A stretch of 58,158 bases of DNA from positions 10,350 through 68,507 of the forward strand of contig CAZBUD010000011.1 of assembly GCA_964495015.1 (NCBI GenBank), written 5' to 3'. This DNA comes from an uncultured Enterobacteriaceae bacterium. Lineage in GTDB: Bacteria > Desulfobacterota > Binatia > Bin18. The notes beneath the pieces were generated by a model. The model was not told where the DNA came from and made no database searches. It saw only the letters and a list, made by a program, of their open reading frames with translations. The translations under genes were made by a program, and so were the position numbers. Below, one piece after another: positions 9,982-21,247 of this stretch. The number at the start of each line of letters is the position of its first letter. Position 1 is the first letter of the stretch.

Positions 9982-10746
9982 TCACTGCGTCAATTCTCTG
10001 AGTTTTTCCTTCAAGGCGCTGAGCGCGCTTTTGTTTGCGTTTCTAATAGCCTCCATAGTCGGCGGTTCGACACTGATATCGCCGAGTTCCGCGAGAACGA
10101 CGTGCACTTCGTCATGTCCATCAACGCGTTTCATCTCGCCCAACCAGCGTTGTACATTGGGGAAGGGTGCGAAATCGAAGACGTTGGTAAAACCCGGTTG
10201 CAGTTGCCCAATCTCCACGTACGCGGCAAAGTCGGCCAGCGTGAGGTGCGCGCCCGTCATATAGCGAGATTCCGCGAGCCAACCTGACTCTAATGCGTGC
10301 AGTGCCTTCGTCAGCGTCGCACGTGCGGCCTGTTGCGTGACGTCCGGAATATCCAGATCCTTGCGGATCTTCGGTGCGACCAACCCGATGGAAGCGTCGC
10401 GGACATTGCGATGGTGGTAATGCAAATACCAGTCCACCTTGGCGCGCAGCCGATGATCCGTCGGGTACACGTCATCCCAGCCGTGCCTATTACTCAAATA
10501 ACACATGATGGTGTGCGCCTCACCAAGCACAAAGCCGGTGTCCGGCTCTTCGATCGTCGGAATCGTCCCGCCGGGATTTTTGGCCAGATAGGCCGGATTT
10601 CGGCTACCGGTTTCCCCTTTTGAGCCTGGGTTAATCAGCACCATTTCAAACGGCGTCCGCTTATACAGCATCAGCCACATGACCGCGCGTACCGGTTGGG
10701 AAAACGGCACGCCATACAAGATGAGAGGCTGCGTTGGACTACTCAT
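9982..10746 (-). CDS. Glutathione S-transferase, theta-like
   Basis: SQPVRAV, NPGGTIPTI, LGEA and LTLADFA motifs. Confidence 0.85.
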   Translation of the reverse strand: MSSPTQPLILYGVPFSQPVRAVMWLMLYKRTPFEMVLINPGSKGETGSRNPAYLAKNPGGTIPTIEEPDTGFVLGEAHTIMCYLSNRHGWDDVYPTDHRLRAKVDWYLHYHHRNVRDASIGLVAPKIRKDLDIPDVTQQAARATLTKALHALESGWLAESRYMTGAHLTLADFAAYVEIGQLQPGFTNVFDFAPFPNVQRWLGEMKRVDGHDEVHVVLAELGDISVEPPTMEAIRNANKSALSALKEKLRELTQ

Positions 10747-12573
<1,827 letters not shown>

Positions 12574-12676
12574 TGTGTTAGTCCTCCTTTTTCGATTACA
12601 ATTCTTCAGACACTGTTAGGCAGACAGCATATCGTTTGGAGCGAAAGAAATCTTGACCTGATTTCTTTGGCCCGGA

Positions 12677-13699
12677 CTAATACAGACCCGGCATAACTTC
12701 TTTCGCAAATAGCTCCATAGACCGTTGACTCGTAACTGGACTTAAACCCGGCAGATGCATGCCCATGACAAGATGGGTCGTCCGCATTTTGCTTGTCATG
12801 GCTTCAATCTCACGTCCAACTTCGTCAGGCGTGCCAACCATTGGAGCACCAATGAGCTGATCAGCCACATTACGCAGTTCTGATGGTGGTGGCAGCTGCG
12901 CAAATTTTTCTGCGCCAGCAAAATCCTTGGCTTCAGCCAGCCAGCGGCCGTACCAGGTTAACATATAGTGCAGATGCTCTTGGACATTGCTCCAGGCTTC
13001 CTCTCGCGTCGGGGCTACATGTGCCCAGCGGAGCTGGGCGGCGTGAAAGTCTTTAGGATCACGTCCGTGGGTACGCAGGGCCTTATCATAGGTCTCCTGG
13101 GCAAAGGCGTCATTTGTGCCCAGAAAATGGCAGCCCATCCGGCCGGCGCGCTCGACGGCTTTGGGCTGCCCCGCCCCAATCCACAGTGGTGGATGTGGCG
13201 TCTGCGCAGGCTTGGGGACCAAACTGATGTTCTTGAGGTTGTAGTGCTTGCCTTCATACGAAAACGGATCTTGGGTCCACATGCCTCGGATGACTTCAAT
13301 GCCTTCCTCTAGCAGGGACGCACGTTGTTTGCGCGGAATACCGTAGCCTTCGAACTCGGACGGCGAATAGCCTTGTCCAAAACCCATGTCAAAACGGCCA
13401 TTGGAAATGATATCGACTGTTGCTGCATCTTCTCCAACGCGAACAGCATTGTGCAGCGGCAACAGCAACAGAAACGTACCGATCCGGACCCGACTGGTCA
13501 TGGTCGCCACGGCGCTGGCAATCGGTAAAAGGGAAGGAGAGTAGCCATCTTCCGCAAAGTGATGTTCGGTCAGCCAAACAGTATCATAGCCAAGTTCTTC
13601 TGCTACCTGAGTTTGTTTGAGTTGCTCAGCATAAAACAGGGGCCACGGTTTGCGCCACTGGGGCGGATTGCGAAACGGAAATAATAATCCTACGTCCAT
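12677..13699 (-). CDS. LLM class flavin-dependent oxidoreductase
   Basis: AEELGYDTVWLTEHHF, ATVDIISNGRF and PKPAQTPHPPLWIG motifs. Confidence 0.9.
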   Translation of the reverse strand: MDVGLLFPFRNPPQWRKPWPLFYAEQLKQTQVAEELGYDTVWLTEHHFAEDGYSPSLLPIASAVATMTSRVRIGTFLLLLPLHNAVRVGEDAATVDIISNGRFDMGFGQGYSPSEFEGYGIPRKQRASLLEEGIEVIRGMWTQDPFSYEGKHYNLKNISLVPKPAQTPHPPLWIGAGQPKAVERAGRMGCHFLGTNDAFAQETYDKALRTHGRDPKDFHAAQLRWAHVAPTREEAWSNVQEHLHYMLTWYGRWLAEAKDFAGAEKFAQLPPPSELRNVADQLIGAPMVGTPDEVGREIEAMTSKMRTTHLVMGMHLPGLSPVTSQRSMELFAKEVMPGLY

Positions 13700-13784
13700 G
13701 TCATCCTCCTTGACTTGACATCATAATCCTCAAGAGTGTGACAGATTGACAATCTCCTGAAGGTAGCCATTCTGCTGCTCGCTC

Positions 13785-14020
13785 TCAACGACGGGAACTG
13801 TCCATTCGCGAGATTTTCCGAAATTTGCGTGGCGACATTCCGGTCCAGTGCTAGGAGGCACGTGAGAAAGCGACCGCGTCTTCGAAACCGAGGCGGTCGG
13901 CGATGTCGTCGAGCAAGACATCGCCTCGCCGTAATAATTCCTGAGCCCACACGATGCGGTCCTGCCTTAATAGTGTGGGGAATCGTTTACCCTCGGCCGC
14001 CACCCTCTCTCCGGAAACGA
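13785..14020 (-). pseudogene. AraC-family HTH remnant
   Basis: AQELLRRGDVLLDDIADRLGFEDAVAFSRAS*HWTGMSPRKFRK: the AraC C-terminal signature with a TAG at 13851-13853 and no N-terminal domain. Confidence 0.8.
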
Positions 14021-14034
14021 GAGATCGGCTCTCT

Positions 14035-15663
14035 TTATCGCAGCACAAATTCCTCATAACCGCTGGCGGCAGCCTCAGCACATCTCCTCCGATATTCCGG
14101 GACGGTGTTGGCATACAGGAGTAGAGCAGGGGCTTTGCCGGGAATATTCGTCCCCATAAACCAAGACTTCGTATCGGTCAGGAGCGTATACGAAGCCAGC
14201 TCGTTCGAGTGATCTACCCATTCCTGCTCTACCTGTAGAGTGGGAGCAATGCTTGACAAGTTCTTCTCACGCATATGACCGATACAATCCGCAATCCATT
14301 CCACAATCATCTCAGCGCAGACCATGTAGTTGCAGAACGCTGTACTGGCGGCAATAAAGAAATTCGGGAAACCGGCAGTCTGAATACCGAGGTAGCTGCG
14401 TGGCCCATCGGCCCATTTATCCTTGAACGTCTGACCGGCTTCGCCACGAATATCCATCCGAGTCAGCGGCCCAGACACCGCGTCAAAACCGGTCGCATAG
14501 ATGATGACGTCGAATTCGTATTCGGCATCCTGGGTCTTTACCCCTTTAGCGGTAATACGTTCGATCGAGGCCTTACGTACGTCAACCAATTTCACATTGT
14601 CCCGGTTGTAGGCCTCGTAATAGTACGTTTCCAAGGGGATACGCTTCGCACCGAACGGATGGTCCTTGGGGGCCAGCAGTTCTGCTACTTCAGGATCATG
14701 CACGCGCTCGCGGATCTTGTTGCGGACGAACTCGGCAAACGTCTCATTGGCTTCCCGGTTGGTCATGATGTCCTGGAAATTACCCAGCCATTTCGTGAAC
14801 CCAGGTAGCGCCCACAACTCTTCATATAGTGCCAGCCGTTCCTCCTCCGAGACCTCTAGGGCCGAGCGTGGGTCGAATTCATGTTCAAAACCTGCCGAGG
14901 TTTCGCGACACTTTTTATGGATTTTTGGATAGTTGGCCTTCCATGCGGCCTGGGTCTCTGGATTGACCTCCGAATTGCGCAATGGCGCGGCATAGTTCGC
15001 GGTACGCTGAAAGACAGTCAGATGGCCGGCTTCCTCCGCGACGATCGGGATAAGCTGAATTGCCGTAGCACCTGTACCAATGACGCCGACCCGCTTACCA
15101 CTCAAGTCCACCTTTTCCTTTGGCCAGTTAAATGTGTGAAATGATTCGCCAGCGAAACTGTCGATGCCTTCAAATGGAGGCGTATACTTCGCGGACAGGA
15201 CACCGACCGCGCCAATGAGAAATTGCGCTCGAACGCGTTGGCCCCCCTCGACCTGGACCTCCCAGCAATGCTCGTTCTCATCATAGACCGCCGATCTCAC
15301 CCAAGAATTGAGCTGGATGTGTGGGCGCAGATTGAATTTGTCCGCGACAAAGTTGAGGTAGCGCTCGTTCTCCGGCTGGCCGGAAAAGTGCTCTTTCCAG
15401 TCCCATTCTTGCAGCAGCTCCTCTGACCATGAATACCCATAGGTTTCACTTTCGGAATCAAAGCGACAGCCTGGATAGCGGTTCCAATACCAGGTACCAC
15501 CCACGCCGCCAGCGTCCTCAAAGACCCGCACCGAAAGCCCCATCTCCCGGAGCTTGTACAGTTGGTATAATCCCGATACCCCGGCGCCGATAATGATCGC
15601 GTCATATTGCTCAACCGCTCCGTTCCCGTTTGGCTTCTGTGGATGTTGATCAGTGTTCGCCAT
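14035..15663 (-). CDS. Baeyer-Villiger monooxygenase, close paralog of 7076-8707
   Basis: Same BVMO motifs (FAGESFHTFNWP) and long identical peptide stretches shared with 7076-8707. Confidence 0.95.
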   Translation of the reverse strand: MANTDQHPQKPNGNGAVEQYDAIIIGAGVSGLYQLYKLREMGLSVRVFEDAGGVGGTWYWNRYPGCRFDSESETYGYSWSEELLQEWDWKEHFSGQPENERYLNFVADKFNLRPHIQLNSWVRSAVYDENEHCWEVQVEGGQRVRAQFLIGAVGVLSAKYTPPFEGIDSFAGESFHTFNWPKEKVDLSGKRVGVIGTGATAIQLIPIVAEEAGHLTVFQRTANYAAPLRNSEVNPETQAAWKANYPKIHKKCRETSAGFEHEFDPRSALEVSEEERLALYEELWALPGFTKWLGNFQDIMTNREANETFAEFVRNKIRERVHDPEVAELLAPKDHPFGAKRIPLETYYYEAYNRDNVKLVDVRKASIERITAKGVKTQDAEYEFDVIIYATGFDAVSGPLTRMDIRGEAGQTFKDKWADGPRSYLGIQTAGFPNFFIAASTAFCNYMVCAEMIVEWIADCIGHMREKNLSSIAPTLQVEQEWVDHSNELASYTLLTDTKSWFMGTNIPGKAPALLLYANTVPEYRRRCAEAAASGYEEFVLR

Positions 15664-15742
15664 AGTATTCCCTCCTTACAGTTCTACTTAGATTTTCAAG
15701 CGACTCTCGTCTCTCTTTCCTGCGATTGACGTGCCTTCGCGG

Positions 15743-16510
15743 TCAAAAAGGCTCGAAGGCCAGCCCGCAATCAATTCGCTCCCCTAACCCCAAATTGAAA
15801 GCGGCGAGCGTTTTGCCCAGCGTACCGCGGGCCATCATATCAATCTTTGACGTATACTCCACTTTGTCGAGGACTTCGGCTAGACGCCGGGCAGGGATAG
15901 CACCCGTCATCTCAGTTGCCTGCATACCCGTCCGCGCTCGACTCAATGCGCAGCCGATACTGAATGCTATCTGGCCCTCTTTTGCCATCGCCACGATATG
16001 ACACTGCGGCTTGCCCTCGACCTTGAGGTCAGCCAGAGCATCCGACAGCACCATACCCGCATATGGGTTGATGCGGAGTAACACAACGTCTGGCTCAATG
16101 GGCGTTTCCGCCAGGGGGCCATAGGTAATGGCACCAGGCTTCTCCGGTACCACCGGGATATGAGGAAATACCTCTTCCGCTACCCAGCCACTCTCCAGCA
16201 AGGTCGCCACATCAGCACCTTCGGCTGCCTCTTCTAAGGTCTTAAGGCCATGAGTAAGGCTGCCCACGCTACAGTTGCCACGGTCTTCGGCAACTGTACT
16301 AAACGTTCGCTCCCCAGCTTTGATCCAGAACACACAACCAGCCGGGACCCGCCCAGTCCGTCCGTCGTCTGTTGGCTCGGCCAGCGGCTCGTCAAAGGCG
16401 GGGACGTCCTCTGGACGTTCGGGACTAAAAGTAATCGCAAGCGGCGCTGCGACTGGCCGCAACGCCTTGATGAGTCGTTCAGATAAGCTGTTCCAATCCG
16501 GTGCTGTCAT
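15743..16510 (-). CDS. DUF169-like Cys-containing protein (possible C-terminal frameshift near 15825)
   Basis: VPAGCVFW, NCSVG, YGPLAETPIEPDVV, GKPQC and GCALSR pattern. Starts 33 bp after the LinD-like stop. Confidence 0.7.
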   Translation of the reverse strand: MTAPDWNSLSERLIKALRPVAAPLAITFSPERPEDVPAFDEPLAEPTDDGRTGRVPAGCVFWIKAGERTFSTVAEDRGNCSVGSLTHGLKTLEEAAEGADVATLLESGWVAEEVFPHIPVVPEKPGAITYGPLAETPIEPDVVLLRINPYAGMVLSDALADLKVEGKPQCHIVAMAKEGQIAFSIGCALSRARTGMQATEMTGAIPARRLAEVLDKVEYTSKIDMMARGTLGKTLAAFNLGLGERIDCGLAFEPF

Positions 16511-16543
16511 TCTGCTAATTCCTTTGCAGGGAGGAAAAGGTTC

Positions 16544-18082
16544 TCACCCTTCAATAATATGAAACGCCTGTGCACCGATCTCGGTTGAGATCTCGATCTC
16601 ACCATCCTGCACAGTCCAAGTGTCACACGGCTGCCCATCGATGAGTACACGACAGGCATCGGGCTGCTGCAGATTTTTGATGCGGAAGTTAGTCGGTCGT
16701 CCATTAGCCGCTGGGTCAGCAATATATGTCTGCAAGACCAGCGTTTTCTTCTCTTGATCGTAATATGCCTGAGATAAGCCCACGCTCGGAAAGTCCACAC
16801 CATAGACTGTGGGTTGATCAAACTTTTCCAGGTTCGGATCGGTAAACATGCGTGACCAGGAGCCTTGCCCCCCGACTTCAGGCACCATAAGATTGGCGTT
16901 GTACTGCCCACGTGGATACGGCTCGTTCAATCCAAAGCCATAGTAAAATTCGCCAGCGTCACGATCCCAGGTAGGCTCGTAGTGAGCCTCGACATGGGCC
17001 TGTAGTTTTTTGACCGTCTCCGTGTCCCCAAGCTCGTTAGCCATGGCCAGCATACGGACTGTCATATATTGATGATCGTCTGTTGCCCCCGGTACGAGGA
17101 TCACATGCGCCGTGCCATCGGGTTTTTCAATCAGATAGTCTCTCTTGATCGCTTCGTAGAAGCGGGTTGCCATAGCCGGGTCATTCGGCAGCAGGTAAAA
17201 ACCCCACATAAGCCAGCCAAATACCGCAGGAATGGTGTGATTCAGATCAACCAGTGGATCGTAATACATCGTGACCCACTCGGGAGGGATTGGATCTTCA
17301 GACGGAGCGATAAAATTTTTCTTGGCGTACTCGTACCACTGCTCAAAAGCGCGAAACGTATTCCCATCGTAGAACGTGTCGGAAAGCCTCAAACCGAGGC
17401 TGGTGACCGTGAGTCAAAGCGGCCACACTTTAGTGTTCTCTCAATGCGAGCCTTCGGGTCTGCCACACCATTGTTCGCTGATGAACTCATTCATGCTGGT
17501 GTGGGTATAATGAAACGTGTGCTCGCCATTATTCACAACCGAGAAGCCGTCATTATATTTTTTGTCACCAGACGCATACAGGTGTAAGCCCATAGTCAGC
17601 GACAGAAAGCCTTTGTAGTAGATTGCTCCAGCGGCCTTGATCGGATCGGGTTCATACCCCCACGGGTCAACGCCATTGGCCGCCCAGCCTGGCGAGTCGT
17701 ATTTGCCACGCAGTTCGTTCGGAATGAGCAAGGGGAAAAATTCATCCGGATACTTCTCTCGCTGTGGGTCCGGGCCGATCTGTTGGGACCAATCGTAGGT
17801 ACCCCAATACGCGGTAATCCGGTCAACCAGGCTTTCAAGAATCTCACTATACACCTCGCGCCAGGCAGGCGTGATGTCACTCATCATTGCCACTGCATAG
17901 GATGAGTCCACGGCATCGAAGCGATGAAAATTACCCATGGGTGGCAGGCTTTTATCGTCCCACATATCAGATGGCCGACCGTCTTTGGACCAGTCATCGT
18001 CCACCATGGCCTTACGGTAAAGATATTTCAGCCAGCCGCGCGCCTTTTCAGACAGCTCGGTCTGGACGGTGTCTTGCGCCAT
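16544..18082 (-). CDS. Linalool dehydratase/isomerase-like protein with two in-frame TGA codons (predicted Sec214 and Sec223)
   Basis: One continuous frame from ATG 18082 (SD GAGGAGG) to 16544, reading ...EGSH-TGA-ENTKVWPL-TGA-LTVTSLGLRLSD.... LinD-like segments TPAWREVY, DPIKAAGAIYYKGFLSL and GDKKY. The U-x8-U spacing matches LinD's catalytic C-x8-C. Confidence 0.85.
17385..17416 (-). promoter_or_regulatory. SECIS-like hairpin for the second UGA (17416-17414)
   Basis: UGA + 12 nt + AGCCUC-gguuu-GAGGCU: perfect 6-bp stem with a G-initiated loop. Confidence 0.7.
17416..17443 (-). promoter_or_regulatory. SECIS-like hairpin for the first UGA (17443-17441)
   Basis: UGA + 9 nt + AAAGUG-uggc-CGCUUU (6 bp including one G-U pair, G at loop position 2). 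The stem ends on the U of the second UGA. Confidence 0.55.
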
Positions 18083-18240
18083 ACTTCCCTCCTCTTTTGT
18101 TTCGCGAAGCAGGACCACGCTGTGTTGTGTCCTCAATAGCAGCTCAACAGAGCAAATGAAACGAGTTTGCCTATCGCTATTTACGATCTGACCTAGTAAT
18201 GACACTAGACAGAACGTCACAACCACCGGAGAAAACTGGC

Positions 18241-19299
18241 ATGGCGAAAGACCAAAATGAACTTAATGGACCTGATAAATTTGCGACAACAGCTATCGAG
18301 TCGATTAATGCTCTATCATTTCCGTGGCAGACTCGTGATCCCTTCCTCTTTTGTGTCTTCCATAATGACCCCTATCCAAAAGGCAACGACAAGCTTGGTC
18401 CTGCAGCGTCCTTAGCAGGCCGTGACATCGGACAGGACTTCGACCCCAGGAACGGCTGGCGCATGTACCACGGCGATGTGGTTCCCGGCTTCCCACAGCA
18501 TCCCCATAGAGGTTTTGAGACTGTCACCATTGTGAACCAGGGCTTTGTGGACCATTCCGACTCACTGGGGGCAACTGCCAGATACGGGGCTGGAGACGTG
18601 CAGTGGTTGACTGCGGGGAGAGGCATAGTCCATGCCGAAATGTTTCCGCTGGTGAGCAGCGATGCCGACAATCCGCTTGAGCTCTTTCAGATTTGGCTGA
18701 ACCTGCCAGCCAAGGACAAGATGGTCGATCCTCACTTCACCATGTTGTGGGAAGAGTCTATCCCGGGCAGGGAGGTGAAGGATGCCGAGGATCGTTGCAC
18801 GCAGCTGAAAACCGTCGCAGGATCGTACGGCGATATCAAAGCACCGTCCCCGCCCCCGGATTCATGGGCTGCAGCTCCCGAAACGAACGTCAGCATTTGG
18901 ACTATCAAGATGGAAGCGAACGCTACCTGGACCTTGCCCGCCACAAAGCCAGGAGTTAGCCGGACGCTGTATTTCTACGCAGGATCAGACCTCCACATCG
19001 GGCGGGAGCGTATCCCTGCCAATCACATGGTAGCGCTGAAGGCAGATGTAGCACTGCCTCTCCGTGCGAGCTCAACTTCTGCTGAGCTGCTCCTTCTCGA
19101 AGGCCGTCCGATCCAAGAGCCCGTCGCCCACTATGGACCCTTTGTTATGAACACACGTCAAGAACTCCAACAAGCGTTTGCTGATTATCAGCGCACCCAG
19201 TTCGGTGGCTGGCCGTGGGCTAATAATGCGCCAGTGCATGCCCGACAAGAGGGACGATTCGCCAAACATGTCGATGGCCGGCTTGAGAAGCCGGTGTAG
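18241..19299 (+). CDS. Pirin family protein
   Basis: DPFL, GFPQHPHRGFETVT, AGRGIVHAEMF, QIWLNLP and YGPFVMNT motifs. Start is uncertain (18199 or 18241). Confidence 0.92.
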   Translation: MAKDQNELNGPDKFATTAIESINALSFPWQTRDPFLFCVFHNDPYPKGNDKLGPAASLAGRDIGQDFDPRNGWRMYHGDVVPGFPQHPHRGFETVTIVNQGFVDHSDSLGATARYGAGDVQWLTAGRGIVHAEMFPLVSSDADNPLELFQIWLNLPAKDKMVDPHFTMLWEESIPGREVKDAEDRCTQLKTVAGSYGDIKAPSPPPDSWAAAPETNVSIWTIKMEANATWTLPATKPGVSRTLYFYAGSDLHIGRERIPANHMVALKADVALPLRASSTSAELLLLEGRPIQEPVAHYGPFVMNTRQELQQAFADYQRTQFGGWPWANNAPVHARQEGRFAKHVDGRLEKPV

Positions 19300-19326
19300 G
19301 CTTGGGTCATGTTTCCATGTTTCCTT

Positions 19327-19406
19327 GTGTAGGGGCGAGGTATCCTCACCCGGACGTCTAGCCGAGAGGCAGCGAAGCGGAGTACAGGAACGCCCTGCCC
19401 ACAGGG
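19327..19406. repeat. Degenerate GTAG-type REP-like element between convergent genes
   Basis: GTGTAGGGGCGAGG...CGCCCTGCCCACAGG. A related GTAGGGGCAATTCATGAATTACCC occurs near 39762. Confidence 0.4.
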
Positions 19407-19468
19407 AGAAACCTCCGCTCGAATCTCCCGGATTCCAATCCGTTCCATCCCGATTACACTGATCACGA

Positions 19469-20638
19469 TCAGCCACGCAGTGGCCGAAAGAAGGCACGGA
19501 TATCTTCGACCAAGCTTTCGGGTTCCTCCATTGACGCAAAGTGTCCGCCTGACGGCATCACGGTCCAGCGCTGGAGATTATAATAGCGTTCGGCCCAGCT
19601 GCGTGGCATCAACGCAACCTCTTCCAGAAATACTGCACAGCCCGTAGGTGCTTCGACTACTGGCGAACGATCGTGGGCCGGCTGCCACACATGATGGGCA
19701 GCTTCGTAATAATAACGCGCCGAAGTGCCGAAACTATTTGTGAGCCAATACAGCATGACCGTATTGAGCAAATCGTCTTTGCTAAAACGAGACTCAACGT
19801 CACCCTTGCAGTCACTCCACGTACGACGCTTTTCTACCAGCCAGGCCGCTAGACCGGCCGGCGAGTCATTCAACCCGAAGGCCAGCGTCTGCGGTTTGGT
19901 CGATTGCAGTCGGAAGTAGCCGGCTTCCGCTTCAAAGAAATGCGCGGTCTTTTCGAACCACCCCTCTTCGTCCCGTCCATATTCTGATGCCTCGGGCATA
20001 CCTGCGCTGAAGAAATCGAGCGGGACCATCAGATGAATATGCAGCCCAATGAGGTGCTCAGCATACTTGTGGCCCAGTTGGGCAGACAGAATAGCTCCCC
20101 AGTCTCCGCCTTGGGTAGCGAACTTCTCATAACCGAGCACATCTTGCATGAGTTTGACCCACAGGTCGGCCGTGCGCGAATAGTTAATGCCCGGAACGTT
20201 CAGGGGTGAGGAGAAGCCGTAGCCAGGCAAAGACGGCACGACCACATCAAAAGAGTCAGTAGGATCTCCACCAAACGCAGCCGGATCGGTAAGCGGGCGA
20301 ATCACCTTGCGCAGATCCCAGAATGTCCACGGCCAGCCGTGATTCAAAATAAGGGGCATGGGGTTCGGCCCTTTGCCTGGCTCATGAATGAAGTGGATGG
20401 GCACATCCTCAATCGTAGTCTTAAAGTGGGAGAAGGCGTTCATCTCCCGTTCATGTTTGCGCCAGTCGTACTGCTCGATCCAATACTCCACCAACTCCTT
20501 AAGATAGGCTGCGTTCGTGCCATACTCCCACCCGTCGTTGGCGAAGTCCTGCGCCCAGCGGATTTTAGTCAAACGCTCGCGTAGGTCGGTCAGAGCTTCT
20601 TCTGGGATACTGATCGTGAAAGGTTCTGAGGTACTCAT
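19469..20638 (-). CDS. Epoxide hydrolase (microsomal/EHN-type alpha/beta hydrolase)
   Basis: HGWPW, PSLPGYGFS, QGGDWG and GGHFASME motifs. ATG 20638 follows SD AAGGAGG. Confidence 0.93.
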   Translation of the reverse strand: MSTSEPFTISIPEEALTDLRERLTKIRWAQDFANDGWEYGTNAAYLKELVEYWIEQYDWRKHEREMNAFSHFKTTIEDVPIHFIHEPGKGPNPMPLILNHGWPWTFWDLRKVIRPLTDPAAFGGDPTDSFDVVVPSLPGYGFSSPLNVPGINYSRTADLWVKLMQDVLGYEKFATQGGDWGAILSAQLGHKYAEHLIGLHIHLMVPLDFFSAGMPEASEYGRDEEGWFEKTAHFFEAEAGYFRLQSTKPQTLAFGLNDSPAGLAAWLVEKRRTWSDCKGDVESRFSKDDLLNTVMLYWLTNSFGTSARYYYEAAHHVWQPAHDRSPVVEAPTGCAVFLEEVALMPRSWAERYYNLQRWTVMPSGGHFASMEEPESLVEDIRAFFRPLRG

Positions 20639-20804
20639 ACGCGCCTCCTTGGTATGCTCTTCGAGGTAGGCTGCAACGCTTCCTGCATCCGTAGTCTGTA
20701 GCAGTTTTCTCCGTTCATGTATCAGACTCACGCCGCGTGTCATGACGAGGTGTGACCCAACTCGGTAGAAACCGCCGCTCTGTTTCCGCATTTGCGCTTA
20801 CATA

Positions 20805-21176
20805 CTATATGCAGCAGCTCGTGTCTGAGTAAGCCAGAATGCGAACTGAGGTAGAAGCTTTCAGGATGGTAACCTCTCTTAGGGAGACAGCGGCAATCAA
20901 TAGCTCATTAAATCTGCGGTGCAGCTTAAAGTGTTGCGCTTCCTGCCCCATCCAGGCTTTGGCTTCTTCCCGGAGCGCAGAGCCGGTGATGTGCTTCGAC
21001 GCTTGACAGATCGAATCAGTAATAAAGGGCTCCATATGTGGCAGCGGCACTGAGGCACCGTTGGCCAATTGGCTGAACACAGGTTTGGCGGGATTCCAGC
21101 ACGGCTTTAAGTTCTCCGGAAACTCAAACTGCACCTTACGAACCAAGATCCCTTGAGACGTTTACTGTTCGCTCAT
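20805..21176 (-). pseudogene. Truncated predicted metal-dependent hydrolase remnant
   Basis: MSEQ*TSQGILVRKVQFEF...PHMEPF...GQEAQHFKLHRRFN: stop at codon 5, and similarity is lost after about 85 aa. Confidence 0.7.
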
Positions 21177-21247
21177 AGTCTCACCTTCGCTTTGTGCTAG
21201 CAATCAGACGGCCTTTTCTGCCTCTGTCTTTGCAGTTCCCACGATTC

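Noticed and set aside
16544-18082. Genetic code 4/25 (global TGA reassignment) as the explanation for the TGAs
   Set aside because: TGA terminates many intact genes here (e.g. 4308, 8842, 9982, 19469, 21248) and TGG is used for Trp.
18083-18226. N-terminal extension of ORF 17441-18226
   Set aside because: A strong SD precedes ATG 18082, and the extension runs into the divergent pirin upstream region.
20639-20791. N-terminal extension of the epoxide hydrolase
   Set aside because: SD AAGGAGG precedes ATG 20638, where the family-like sequence begins.
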